Assembly (NCBI GenBank): GCA_963682135.1
Contig: OY821645.1
Coordinates: 2,176,001-2,240,000, forward strand
Origin: Methanothrix sp.
GTDB taxonomy: Archaea; Halobacteriota; Methanosarcinia; Methanotrichales; Methanotrichaceae
Direction of reading: 5' to 3'
Length of the DNA stretch: 64,000 bases
How positions within the stretch are numbered: the first letter of the stretch is position 1; each line of letters opens with the position of its first letter. Shown here in pieces: positions 50,842 through 60,850 of this stretch. The notes under the pieces are model-generated. The model ran no database searches. It was not told the origin of the DNA and was given only the letters and a program-made list of their open reading frames with translations. The translations under genes and the position numbers were made by a program.

Positions 50842-50963
50842 GAACGCATCTTATGTAACGGCAATTTATAATCTTATTGCTCGATTACATAAGAATGATC
50901 CGAAAAAGAATTAGCGAATTAACACCATTTTATCATTATATTACAGACGACTAGCTACAACTG

Positions 50964-52490
50964 TTATCCTCCTCCTATAGTAATTATAGAGGGGGCTCTG
51001 CCATACAGAAGCTGAGCACCAGTAATATCACCATTTCCCAGCGTCCTCTGTGGTCCGTTGTAGAGATTCATCACCTGATCGAAGTCATTGGTGCGTTCAT
51101 CGCTGGGCGGCAAAACTCCTCCGTAAGTTGTGGAGTATATATCGCCCATGCCAATGCAGTGGCCCAGTTCATGCAGGGCAACGCTTTGCAGGTCCATCTC
51201 GCCGGTCGTCTGGGCAGTGGTGAGACTTGTCGTCCACTCATAATCGAGATTGTACCAGGTATCGGATTCAGTAATGCTGTAGTAACCATCTTTCTGTGTA
51301 CCATCGGTCCACCAGCGATTAAGCGCAACAAAGCTATTCCCAAATGCATTCCAACCATGCACGTTGTAGCCGTCTCTCTTGGGCGTACTGCTGAATGGAG
51401 CGTCCACTACCTTATTTTCGTCTACTATCACCGTAGTTGTATCTGCAAAGACATTGCCGGCCACAGCATCATCCCAGGTATTGGCAGCAGCAGCAATTGC
51501 TTCTTTCGAAGAGGTCGAGGTGAGCTGCGCAGGCGTGCCGGTTGGATTTAAGTAGATCTGTATCTTGGGATCAAGAGTATTCCAGCGATATCCTGTAAGC
51601 CTAAAAGAGGAATAGGATCCGCCAGTCAAAGTCATTGTGCTCTGAGAGATCTCGGAAGCCTTTGCAGTCTTTTTTCCATCGGCCAGGTCAAAATTGAGGA
51701 CGCTCACATCAAAGCTGCCTATATCGCTTCCATCTCCCACCACTCGCTGCCCGGAAATGCCCATCATCGCACTCTTGCGGATCGAGGAAACGGCATTAAA
51801 GGAGTCGCTGTTTAGAACGAGGACATCATCAATGGATGCAATGCCACTTGATATAGCACGCTTTGACGCAGCAGATACGAGATTGGCTTTCATACTGCCC
51901 TGGCCATAATAGCTGCCTTCTGCCAGCATTACATTCTCTTCACCCAGTGCTCCCGATACCACTTTGCCACCTTGGCCTTCCATCTCTGTAATCTGCCGGG
52001 CAAAGGTGCCTTGCCCATTACCCGCAAAGAGGCTCTGCGAGCTGGACAGCACACCATAGACCACTCCCGCCTCCTGGCCGGCATTCGCACCGCCCTGCAT
52101 GCTCTGCATATTGAGACTCAGGAAACCTGCTCCTGTCACATCCTGATTTATATTAGCCTCTTCCCCAGAGGCAACATAGGACGCCGAAATAGAGAGCGTT
52201 CCCTGGCTGTTGACGTCACTGGTCAGAGCATAACTATTTCCGGATAGTGACTGCATCAATCTGTTTCTTCCTGCGCCTTCAACTTGTAGATTGGAGGAAA
52301 TTCTTCCCGAGTCGAGGTTGATACCTTGTTTTAGCTGCGTGGATGTATCTAGATCATAGCTCTGGGAAGAGGACGACATTTCATCACCATCTGATGAAGT
52401 GACTCTTACCGTAATTCCCATCGCAGTCGTTTCCACGATGCAGATTATTAAAAAACAAATAAATACAGATCGTGCAATATTTACCCACAT
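50964..52490 (-). CDS. Secreted matrixin/M10-like metalloprotease
   Basis: Signal peptide, Ser/Gly-rich N-terminal region, HELGHCIGMGD, Met-turn QVMN, DITG.Q.LYG. Confidence 0.85.
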   Translation of the reverse strand: MWVNIARSVFICFLIICIVETTAMGITVRVTSSDGDEMSSSSQSYDLDTSTQLKQGINLDSGRISSNLQVEGAGRNRLMQSLSGNSYALTSDVNSQGTLSISASYVASGEEANINQDVTGAGFLSLNMQSMQGGANAGQEAGVVYGVLSSSQSLFAGNGQGTFARQITEMEGQGGKVVSGALGEENVMLAEGSYYGQGSMKANLVSAASKRAISSGIASIDDVLVLNSDSFNAVSSIRKSAMMGISGQRVVGDGSDIGSFDVSVLNFDLADGKKTAKASEISQSTMTLTGGSYSSFRLTGYRWNTLDPKIQIYLNPTGTPAQLTSTSSKEAIAAAANTWDDAVAGNVFADTTTVIVDENKVVDAPFSSTPKRDGYNVHGWNAFGNSFVALNRWWTDGTQKDGYYSITESDTWYNLDYEWTTSLTTAQTTGEMDLQSVALHELGHCIGMGDIYSTTYGGVLPPSDERTNDFDQVMNLYNGPQRTLGNGDITGAQLLYGRAPSIITIGGG

Positions 52491-53056
52491 AGATCCTCAG
52501 CAGACATGCATTAATAAGTATTATACCTAGTAAGTATTTTGCAAAATTATGTTCTTATATTATAAGTATAAATAGATTACTCAGTCAACAATTATTAAAT
52601 AATATACATCATATCTTGTAAAATGATTTGGTAAAGATAGTAACTATTTTCAAAAATATCTATTATCAATTGGTAATTTTGCTAAGATCTGTCTTAGAAC
52701 TTATTAATCGATTTATTAGTGAGTGATAACTCAGCAAGCTATAGTATCTTTTTTCCGCAGAGCCTGCAGTCAATTCTTCTCACGAATCTCATATGCTCGA
52801 AAGGAGATGCATTCGCGATACCGGGCTACGAGGAAGATGCATGAACCTGCATTGTAGTTCTCCACTTGTAGGAGCCCACGGCTTCCATCTGCCGTTGCCT
52901 TCCCGGCTGCATTAGGTTTTGAGCATGCATCCATATACGCTTCATGAGTGCGTGGTTTTCACGCCTATTGGTTATTAATGCGAAACCAGAAAAATCATAT
53001 GCGAGAACGCGTATGAGTTTACATAATTATTAAGCTTTATGATTTGGGTGAGTGAT

Positions 53057-54337
53057 ATGAATATCAGGAATATGCTAATGGCTATCATTCTGTTGAGTCT
53101 GGCGAATGCTGCAGCAGTACTTCCAATTCTCGCGCAGGATGAGGCTACGGGTGTGACAGGTATATCACATAGAGCACCATCTAATGAATCCGAGTTGGCC
53201 TCCTTTGTTGAACTTGCCGCGTCGCATGCAAGAGATGTTGGTAAAGTTGAAGCTATAAAGGATTTTATGGACCTGAATGGCTCTTGGGTCAGGGGAGACG
53301 TATACATCTTCGCCCATGATTTTAATGGCACCTCTCTGTGCCTGCCATACATGCCCAAAGAAGTTGGCACCAATCGATCGGATATTCAGAATGAACAAGG
53401 AATTTACATCAACCGGGATATGCGATCCATCGCCTTGAACAGGAGCGGCTTTTATGAGTACAACTGGCAAAATCCCCTCACCAATCAGAGCGAACCCAAG
53501 GTAAGCTATGTGATGAAGGTGGATGATACCTGGTATCTGGGTGCCGGTATCTACAAAGCAGAATTGAATTCAGATACAAATTCAGAAAACGCCACTATTG
53601 GAACCGACAACGACATGGCATATTTCCTTATGCAACTCCAGGCAAGTATACAAGGCCAGCTGAATGATCTTGATAGGGCCGTGGCAGATTCGTCCTATCA
53701 GCTCTCTGCAGCCGGAATCGAAGGTAATAAAGCAAGAAGCATCCTGCTAAACTTAACCGATTCAAGCCCCGATTTCGTAGAAGCGACCACCGGCAGTCCT
53801 GACGGAAAGATTGCAGCCGCAGAGCCTGCCGTTTTCAGGAATTCCGAAGGAACCGATATCAGCAAGAATGACGCCACAATTCGCTTAATGCAAACCAAGA
53901 GTCCCGTTTTCAGTTCGGTGTTTCGCCTTGTAGAGGGCTATGATGCCTCAATAATCTCATATCCGGTCTTCTCCGCCTCGGGTCAATTCATCGGTGGGGT
54001 GGGAGCGATCATCAAACCGGCTGATCTCTTGGGATCGATAATCGAACCCAGTTTGCTGGAGACAAATTACAGTGTCACGGTCATACAAACGGATGGCCTA
54101 TCGCTGTATGATTCAGATCCTAGTCAAGTGGGGAAGAATCTATTTGATGATCCCATGTATCAGTCATATCCCCAGCTGTTGGCTTTGGGCAAGAATGTGG
54201 TGGCAGAACGTTTTGGAATGGGGAGCTATATCTTCCTCAATAAAGAGCATGATAGAAATGTTACCAAAGAAGTGTACTGGACGAGCGTAGGGCTTCATGG
54301 CAACGAGTGGCGATTGGTCGCCTCTCGAGACACTTGA
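53057..54337 (+). CDS. Secreted Cache-domain protein (sCache_2 plus dCache-like)
   Basis: Signal peptide; YIFAHDFNG...LP, GFY.Y...NP, K.SYV.KVDDTW.LGAGIY. Confidence 0.85.
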   Translation: MNIRNMLMAIILLSLANAAAVLPILAQDEATGVTGISHRAPSNESELASFVELAASHARDVGKVEAIKDFMDLNGSWVRGDVYIFAHDFNGTSLCLPYMPKEVGTNRSDIQNEQGIYINRDMRSIALNRSGFYEYNWQNPLTNQSEPKVSYVMKVDDTWYLGAGIYKAELNSDTNSENATIGTDNDMAYFLMQLQASIQGQLNDLDRAVADSSYQLSAAGIEGNKARSILLNLTDSSPDFVEATTGSPDGKIAAAEPAVFRNSEGTDISKNDATIRLMQTKSPVFSSVFRLVEGYDASIISYPVFSASGQFIGGVGAIIKPADLLGSIIEPSLLETNYSVTVIQTDGLSLYDSDPSQVGKNLFDDPMYQSYPQLLALGKNVVAERFGMGSYIFLNKEHDRNVTKEVYWTSVGLHGNEWRLVASRDT

Positions 54338-54582
54338 CTTGATAACAAACGGCGATAAAAAATGAAACTATGTGGATTATCAGACATCAACCATGATGAC
54401 CGCATGATGTTTCTATTTTTTTATATATCTGTGCCGATATACTCGATGCTGTAGCACTCCTTATAAATGCAGCCGCAACTAACTCCCAATAATGCCTTAT
54501 GTATGGCAATCTTCATAAACTCGCTTGTGATTCTTCCCGGTCGACGCATAGCGCCCTAACAAAAGCATGATGTGATCAAAAA

Positions 54583-55098
54583 ATGAAGAACTGGAATATG
54601 CTCATGGCATTAATCTCGCTGCTGATTGCTGCATTTTTTGTTATGCCATCAGCCATGGCAAGTGAAGAATCGATCGGATTGGCTAACGAATCACAGATGG
54701 ATGCATACAACACTACGGAATTGGTATCATTTGTTGAGTCTGCGGTGGCCTATGCTCGTGAGAACGGCAAAGATAAAGCGCTCGATGTGTTTTCCAATAA
54801 GACCGGCTCATTTGTCCAGGGAAAACTCTACATCTATGCCTATGACTTTAACGGAACCAACATTGCTCATCCCTTCAAACCAGATTGGATCGGCAAGAAC
54901 AAGATAAACCAGACTGATTCCAATGGCGTTTCCTATATCAGAAACCTGATCGCGGTTGCCAAAGAAGGAAAAGGATTTACTTACTTCATCTTCCCCAATC
55001 CTGCTCATGATAACAGAGACGAGTTCAAGATCGGCTACGCAATGAAAGTAGATGACACTTGGTGGCTGGGATCTGGAATCTACGTATCATGTCCTTGA
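54583..55098 (+). CDS. Secreted single Cache (sCache_2) protein
   Basis: LYIYAYDFNGT.IAHP, KVDDTWWLGSGIY. Confidence 0.88.
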   Translation: MKNWNMLMALISLLIAAFFVMPSAMASEESIGLANESQMDAYNTTELVSFVESAVAYARENGKDKALDVFSNKTGSFVQGKLYIYAYDFNGTNIAHPFKPDWIGKNKINQTDSNGVSYIRNLIAVAKEGKGFTYFIFPNPAHDNRDEFKIGYAMKVDDTWWLGSGIYVSCP

Positions 55099-55236
55099 TG
55101 AGCAGTAATCTATTTTTTTTAACGCGAGAAGGGCAGAACAGATATCGCCGTTGATGGAACTATCGTATCCGTCCAAATCCGCTTATTTTGTCAATGATTA
55201 GGCAATAGCTCTGCCGTCCATGCCGGGTTATTTCCA

Positions 55237-56409
55237 TCAGGATATTCCTCTCTTGGCTTTGCTCCGGAGAGTGGAAAGCTTTTGCAGGGCATCCTCCAGA
55301 GTGTCTATCTTCTTAGCGAAGTGGAAGCGTATCAAATGCCTTACATCTTCCCGGAAGAAGCTGGAGCCTGGAACGGCGGCCACGCCCACCTCCTTTGCCA
55401 TCCATTCGCAAAAGACGGTATCGTCCGGGCAGCCGAATTCAGATATATCCATCATTACATAATAAGCCCCCTGCGGATAGGTGTAAGTGAAACCTTCTTC
55501 ATCCAATCCCTTGATGAAAAAGTTTCTCTTCTGTGTGTACATCTCGCATAGCCCCTCATAATACTCATCAGGAAAGCCAAGCGCTGTGACTGCTGCCTCT
55601 TGCAGGGGTGCGGGCGCGCCTACCGTCAGAAAATCATGCACCTTTCTTACCCCATCGATTATGGCAGGAGAAGCTATCAAATATCCCAGCCTCCAGCCGG
55701 TGATGGAATAGGTCTTGGATAGAGAACTGCAGGATAGAGTTCTCTCAAACATGCCGGGCAAAGATGCGAAATAGATATGCTTGTAGGGTTTGTAGACAAT
55801 ATGCTCGTAGACCTCATCAGTTATTACGAATACATCGTACCGATCAGCCTGATCAGCTATGAACTGCAGCTCCTCTAATGTGAAGACCTTTCCTGTAGGA
55901 TTGGAGGGATTGCATAGAATCAGCGCCTTGGGCCTCTGCTCAAATGCCGCCTTCAACTCTTTTTCATCAAATGAGAAGCTGGGAGGATGTAGCGGCACAA
56001 AGATGGGCTGTGCACCAGAGAGTATGGCATCTGCACCATAATTCTCATAGAAAGGCGAAAAGACGATAACCTTGTCACCTGGATTGCAAACGGTCATCAT
56101 GGCGCACATCATGGCCTCCGTGCTCCCGCAGGTGACAACGATCTCTCTCTCCGGGTCGATGGGCATGCCCATAAACTTCGTCTGTTTTTTGGCCAGAGCT
56201 TCCCGGAAATTCTGAGCGCCCCAGGTTACTGCATACTGATGCGGTCCATTCATGGCCACACTTTCCAAAGCCCGCAAAAGCGGCTCAGGTGGCTGGAAGT
56301 CAGGAAATCCCTGCGAGAGGTTGACGGCCCCATGGGCGTTGGCAATTCTGGTCATTTTGCGGATGACCGATTCTGTGAAATATTCCAGGCGACGGCTTGT
56401 TGACGGCAT
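55237..56409 (-). CDS. Class I/II PLP-dependent aminotransferase
   Basis: NLSQGFPD, NPSNPTG, DEVY, SLSKTYSITGWRLG. Confidence 0.94.
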   Translation of the reverse strand: MPSTSRRLEYFTESVIRKMTRIANAHGAVNLSQGFPDFQPPEPLLRALESVAMNGPHQYAVTWGAQNFREALAKKQTKFMGMPIDPEREIVVTCGSTEAMMCAMMTVCNPGDKVIVFSPFYENYGADAILSGAQPIFVPLHPPSFSFDEKELKAAFEQRPKALILCNPSNPTGKVFTLEELQFIADQADRYDVFVITDEVYEHIVYKPYKHIYFASLPGMFERTLSCSSLSKTYSITGWRLGYLIASPAIIDGVRKVHDFLTVGAPAPLQEAAVTALGFPDEYYEGLCEMYTQKRNFFIKGLDEEGFTYTYPQGAYYVMMDISEFGCPDDTVFCEWMAKEVGVAAVPGSSFFREDVRHLIRFHFAKKIDTLEDALQKLSTLRSKAKRGIS

Positions 56410-56629
56410 AATGCAATTGACCTCTGAATCTATGAAATCCCATATGTGATAGATTAATCTGTGGGTTTGATACTGCACCCAGATATGCGAAATAATTACA
56501 GGCCTCTGCCTATTGATACAAATGAGGAAAGCTCTAAATATTAATGGATTTCAAAGAGTGCCTTAAATTCGCCAATGAGAGAGTCTGATATCCCCATGTT
56601 TAAGTTCGGATGAGGTATTACCGAAAAAT

Positions 56630-57103
56630 ATGCCACTAGATCCCTATGATTATCTGCGCATCCAGATTCAGGTTGATTTCCAATGCCGACGCTGCGGCCA
56701 TTGCTGCCAGGTAGCCGAACCCATTGATATTTATCCTAAAGATATTCGCAGATTAGCGAGCTTTTTTAATACTTCCGAGGAGGAAGTGATAAGAGAATAT
56801 ACCATCCCTCACCCCTGTGAGCCCGACCTCTTGGCCTTCAAGGCGGTAGCTCCCTGCCGATTTTACGACGCGGACCAGAAGGGATGCAAGATATATCAAG
56901 CAAGGCCAATGGTATGCAGATGCAGCCCATTTCTCAGCCCGGGCCAAATTGGACTTGAGGGTGTCGAGATCTATGAGGATTGCCCGGCTTCAGAGGAAAG
57001 TTATATAAGAATTCAAGATGACCTGGACATTCTGCTAGCGCCCAATGCCAAGACGCAAAAGAAACTGGAGAAAGCACTTGCTAAAATGATGCAAATAGAA
57101 TGA
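56630..57103 (+). CDS. YkgJ-family cysteine-cluster protein
   Basis: FQCRRCGHCC...PCRF...CKIY.ARP.VCR..PF. Confidence 0.9.
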   Translation: MPLDPYDYLRIQIQVDFQCRRCGHCCQVAEPIDIYPKDIRRLASFFNTSEEEVIREYTIPHPCEPDLLAFKAVAPCRFYDADQKGCKIYQARPMVCRCSPFLSPGQIGLEGVEIYEDCPASEESYIRIQDDLDILLAPNAKTQKKLEKALAKMMQIE

Positions 57104-58287
57104 AATCCGATGTCGTTGTAATAGGAGCGGGCCCAGGGGGATCTATGGCTGCCAAGGCCGCGGCAGAATCGGGCCTGAATGTTGTTCTTTTGGAAAAGCG
57201 GCAGGAGATAGGAGAGCCTATCAGATGCGCCGAGGGAGTGAGCATCAGATCGGAACTGAAGGGATTGATCAAGGTGCAGCCCGACTGGATATCAACAGAG
57301 GTAAATGGGGTCAGGATGCACTCACCCAATAACGATAATGTGTCCATGACTGTGGAATGCAATGGTGTTGGCGGTGGATACATTCTGGAGAGGAAAAACT
57401 TTGACAGAGGCCTTGCCCTCCAGGCAGCCAGCGCAGGTGCCAATGTCCTGGTCAAGACCCGGGCAATGGGATTGATCAGGAAAGACGGTCTATGGAGAGT
57501 ATCTGCCATCTGTCAGGGCGACCCACTTCAGATCGAAGCGCCTCTGATCATAGGCGCGGATGGCGTCGAATCTAAAGTAGCCAGATGGACGGGAATAGGT
57601 GCCAGGCTAAAAGCGGAGGACATAATGGTTTGTGCGCAGTATCTGGTTTTGGATGATAGCATCGACCAGGAATACTGTCAGTTCTTTTTCGGAAATATAA
57701 TGGCTCCGGGAGGCTACGTATGGATCTTTCCCAAAGGGGGCGGACTTGCTAACGTGGGCATCGGCATACAGGGCTCCCAATCCGGCCCTGGCGAGCCCTT
57801 AATGCTGCTGGAGAGATTCATGCGTGGCAGGATGCCGGGGGCCAAGATCTTGCAGATGGTAGCAGGAGGAATTCCTACCTCCGGCCCAATGGATAGTACG
57901 ACTTCCGACGGCATAATGCTGGTTGGCGATGCTGCCCATCAATCTGATCCGCTCACAGGTGGCGGGATCATAAATGCCATAAGGGCGGGAGTAATGGCAG
58001 GGGAGACTGCGGGCAAGGCAGTATCTTCGGGGGATGTAAGTACCACTGCTCTAAGAGAATATGAGGATCGGTGGAGATCATCCATCGGCAAGCAAATAAA
58101 GAAACGCTATCGTGCTAAAGAATTCTTCCTGAAGCTCACAGATGATGATCTGAACCATCTGATAGGATCGCTGTATGGAAAGGATGTCGCCAGCATGAAT
58201 ACAAGAGGCCTGCTAAGCGTTCTTTTTAAGCAGAATCCAAAATTGCTCTGGAGACTGGGTGTCTTTAACCTGATTGAGCGGTTATAG
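57100..58287 (+). CDS. Second geranylgeranyl reductase family flavoprotein
   Basis: GAGPGG, RCAEG, PGGYVWIFPK, VGDAA, PLTGGGI; paralog of 13814..14989. Confidence 0.92.
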   Translation: MKSDVVVIGAGPGGSMAAKAAAESGLNVVLLEKRQEIGEPIRCAEGVSIRSELKGLIKVQPDWISTEVNGVRMHSPNNDNVSMTVECNGVGGGYILERKNFDRGLALQAASAGANVLVKTRAMGLIRKDGLWRVSAICQGDPLQIEAPLIIGADGVESKVARWTGIGARLKAEDIMVCAQYLVLDDSIDQEYCQFFFGNIMAPGGYVWIFPKGGGLANVGIGIQGSQSGPGEPLMLLERFMRGRMPGAKILQMVAGGIPTSGPMDSTTSDGIMLVGDAAHQSDPLTGGGIINAIRAGVMAGETAGKAVSSGDVSTTALREYEDRWRSSIGKQIKKRYRAKEFFLKLTDDDLNHLIGSLYGKDVASMNTRGLLSVLFKQNPKLLWRLGVFNLIERL

Positions 58288-58363
58288 GCACTATGAGAAT
58301 CGGATGAAGAATCGATGGATGCATGCTGATGAGTCTGATGCAAAGCGGAGGCGAAAAGAAAAA

Positions 58364-59398
58364 ATGGACTACACTGATGTGCTCGATCGCTATGGGACAA
58401 TTATAGAAGAAGACCTCAAGAGACGATTGGACGAGATGGTAATAGACGGCCAAAAGTACCATCCTTTCCTGGGTGATGTTTATGATGCCACCTGTGAGTT
58501 TGTGCTTAGAGGCGGAAGAAGACTGTCCGCATGCAGCACACTCATTGTCTACCAGGGCTTCGCCGGCAACATTGACGAGCGAATCGTCAGAGTGTGCTCC
58601 GCTATTGAACTCTATCGGCACAGCATCCTCATACATGACGATATAGTGGATGAAGAAGATAGGAGAAGAGGCGCAGAGACGTTGCATAAAACTATCGCCA
58701 AGGGATTTGATGAGCGCTTTGGCGTCGCATCTGCCATGTTTGCCGGAAATATTCTTTATGCGCTGGCCATAGAGTGCCTTTTGAAATCTGGCTTTGAGCA
58801 AAATAAGATTGTAGATGCTACAAAACTGCTGGCTACAGAGTTTCAGGCCGTCAACGAGAGCCAGATCCTGGACATGCTCTTCGAGTACAAGGAGCCGGAT
58901 GTCAAGGAGTGGGAGGTCATGGCTGCCAGAAGAGCTGCCTCTCTCTTCAAGGCATCGATGCTTGTCGGGGGAGTGTTAGCATCGGCTTCCAAAAAGGATC
59001 TGGAGCTTCTTCTTGAAGTTGCCAGGCATATAGGATTCGCCTTCGATATTCAAGATGATATCATCGATACCTTTGCCACTGAGGAGCAGTACGGGAGAGT
59101 CCCCTGTGGGGATATCGGTAAGAGAAAGAAGCCTCTGCATGTCATCCTGGCTTTGCAGAAGGAGAAGCGTCTGGCTGCAATCATGCAGGAAGGCAGAATC
59201 CTTGAGGGTGCGGAGATCGAGTATGTGCAGAATCTGATCAGGGAGTGCGGGGCTCTTGATGAGGCCAAGTCAATCTCAAGAGAGCATGCTGGTAAGGCGG
59301 AAGAAATGATCCTCAAGACCGGTCTGAATCAGGATGCGAAGGACTTCTTCATATCATTTATCCGATTCGTGGACGATAGCCTTGACTGGTACAAATAG
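58364..59398 (+). CDS. trans-polyprenyl diphosphate synthase (possibly C25 or longer)
   Basis: GGRRL, FARM HDDIVD..RRG, SARM QDDIID. Ser at position -5 of the FARM. Confidence 0.9.
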   Translation: MDYTDVLDRYGTIIEEDLKRRLDEMVIDGQKYHPFLGDVYDATCEFVLRGGRRLSACSTLIVYQGFAGNIDERIVRVCSAIELYRHSILIHDDIVDEEDRRRGAETLHKTIAKGFDERFGVASAMFAGNILYALAIECLLKSGFEQNKIVDATKLLATEFQAVNESQILDMLFEYKEPDVKEWEVMAARRAASLFKASMLVGGVLASASKKDLELLLEVARHIGFAFDIQDDIIDTFATEEQYGRVPCGDIGKRKKPLHVILALQKEKRLAAIMQEGRILEGAEIEYVQNLIRECGALDEAKSISREHAGKAEEMILKTGLNQDAKDFFISFIRFVDDSLDWYK

Positions 59399-59438
59399 GA
59401 AAAAGCAAAACTTGAGAAACTGAGCAAGAGGAGAAAGG

Positions 59439-59978
59439 ATGAAGGTTTTAGCAGTGCTGGGAAGTCCCAGAAGAGGTGGCAATACCGAGATTCTTGTAGA
59501 TGAAATGCTCAAGGGCGCGGAGTTGAAGGGCCACATTGCAGAAAAGATGCGCCTCTATGATTACGAGATTCTGCCCTGCTTGGACTGTCGGGGCTGCAAA
59601 AGGGCATCGTCCGGCTACACCTGCGTTCTCTCGGACGCAATGAGTGAGATCTATGCCCGGCTGGAAGGAGCCGACCTCATCATCTTCGCAACGCCCATCT
59701 ACTGGTACGGGCCCACCGCCAAGATGAAGCTTCTTATCGATAGGCTGCGGCCCTATATCGCCAGCCGCAAACTAGCGGGCAAGAAAGGAATGGTGGTTAC
59801 TCCATCCGAAGAAGGGGCGGCATGCTGCGGGCCGCTTCTGCAGATGTTTGCCATGTCTTTCGACTATCTGGGCATGGTAAATGCAGGAAGCCTGCTCGCC
59901 CAGGCCTACGAGAAGGGAGAGATCAAAAAGATGTCAGGAGAACTGGAGAGGGCCCAGGAAATGGGATTGTCGCTATAG
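59439..59978 (+). CDS. Flavodoxin-fold iron-sulfur flavoprotein (Isf-like)
   Basis: GSPRRGGNT, CLDCRGC...C, TPIYW, K..IDR. Confidence 0.9.
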   Translation: MKVLAVLGSPRRGGNTEILVDEMLKGAELKGHIAEKMRLYDYEILPCLDCRGCKRASSGYTCVLSDAMSEIYARLEGADLIIFATPIYWYGPTAKMKLLIDRLRPYIASRKLAGKKGMVVTPSEEGAACCGPLLQMFAMSFDYLGMVNAGSLLAQAYEKGEIKKMSGELERAQEMGLSL

Positions 59979-60063
59979 CTCGCACATTCCAACCCGTTAT
60001 TTCTATTCCTGCCTCAGACGAAACATTCATTATTAATGCGACCATTTTGGTTACCATAGTCCG

Positions 60064-60681
60064 GTGATTTCCATGTGTCCGCACAGATTTATCCCAATTG
60101 GGCTTTTCGCCCTCATTTGCACCTGCATGCTGTTGCCCGGAACAATGGCATCAAGCATCGATCAGAGGTTCAGCTGCATGAAGATCATTAACGCTTCTCA
60201 GACTTTCGAAAATCTCTCACCCCAATTGCCTATAGTCGAATGCCTCTTTCTAAGCGAAGACTACAATTCTCAAGAGGGCATCGTCCGGGAAGGCTGCATG
60301 ATGCCGTTGTTCCGGAGATATATTGCCAAGCAGGGCGAAGAATTCAAGTTGATAGAGAGCATTGAGGATTTCCGGTCGATATTTGCGCCGGTCGAGACTA
60401 AAGAGGAGGCACTGGCTTTCGCCGTAGCACTGACAAGCTCACTGCCGAGATATGATACATCCGTCCCGGAGGATTATTTCCCGGTATCGCCATCCATAAC
60501 GCCGACATACGCAAAAGAAACTGAAGGCGGCTACATGGTCCATCTATTCGACAGCGAAATATGCGGCTGTGGCTCGCATCCATATTATGCCATCGATTAT
60601 CTCGTTACAAGAGATGGCAATGTGACCGAATTGTCGAGGGAAAAGGTCTACGACAGCAATATGCAAATTTGCGTGGATTAA
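60064..60681 (+). CDS. Secreted hypothetical protein
   Basis: Signal-like N-terminus, FAPVETKEEAL.FA, CGC. Confidence 0.7.
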   Translation: MISMCPHRFIPIGLFALICTCMLLPGTMASSIDQRFSCMKIINASQTFENLSPQLPIVECLFLSEDYNSQEGIVREGCMMPLFRRYIAKQGEEFKLIESIEDFRSIFAPVETKEEALAFAVALTSSLPRYDTSVPEDYFPVSPSITPTYAKETEGGYMVHLFDSEICGCGSHPYYAIDYLVTRDGNVTELSREKVYDSNMQICVD

Positions 60682-60850
60682 GCGTGTAATGGCAAGAGTT
60701 AGCTGCATTAGACGGGACGCGTTCCAATCATCCCTGGTACAGCGAGGCCGAAGTCAACCGGCGGCGCACCCAGGCGCAGCAGAGCTGCGGGGTACTCAAA
60801 ATAATAAAACCATAATATGGCTTGAGAAGCTACCTTTGCTCAAGCTTTGA

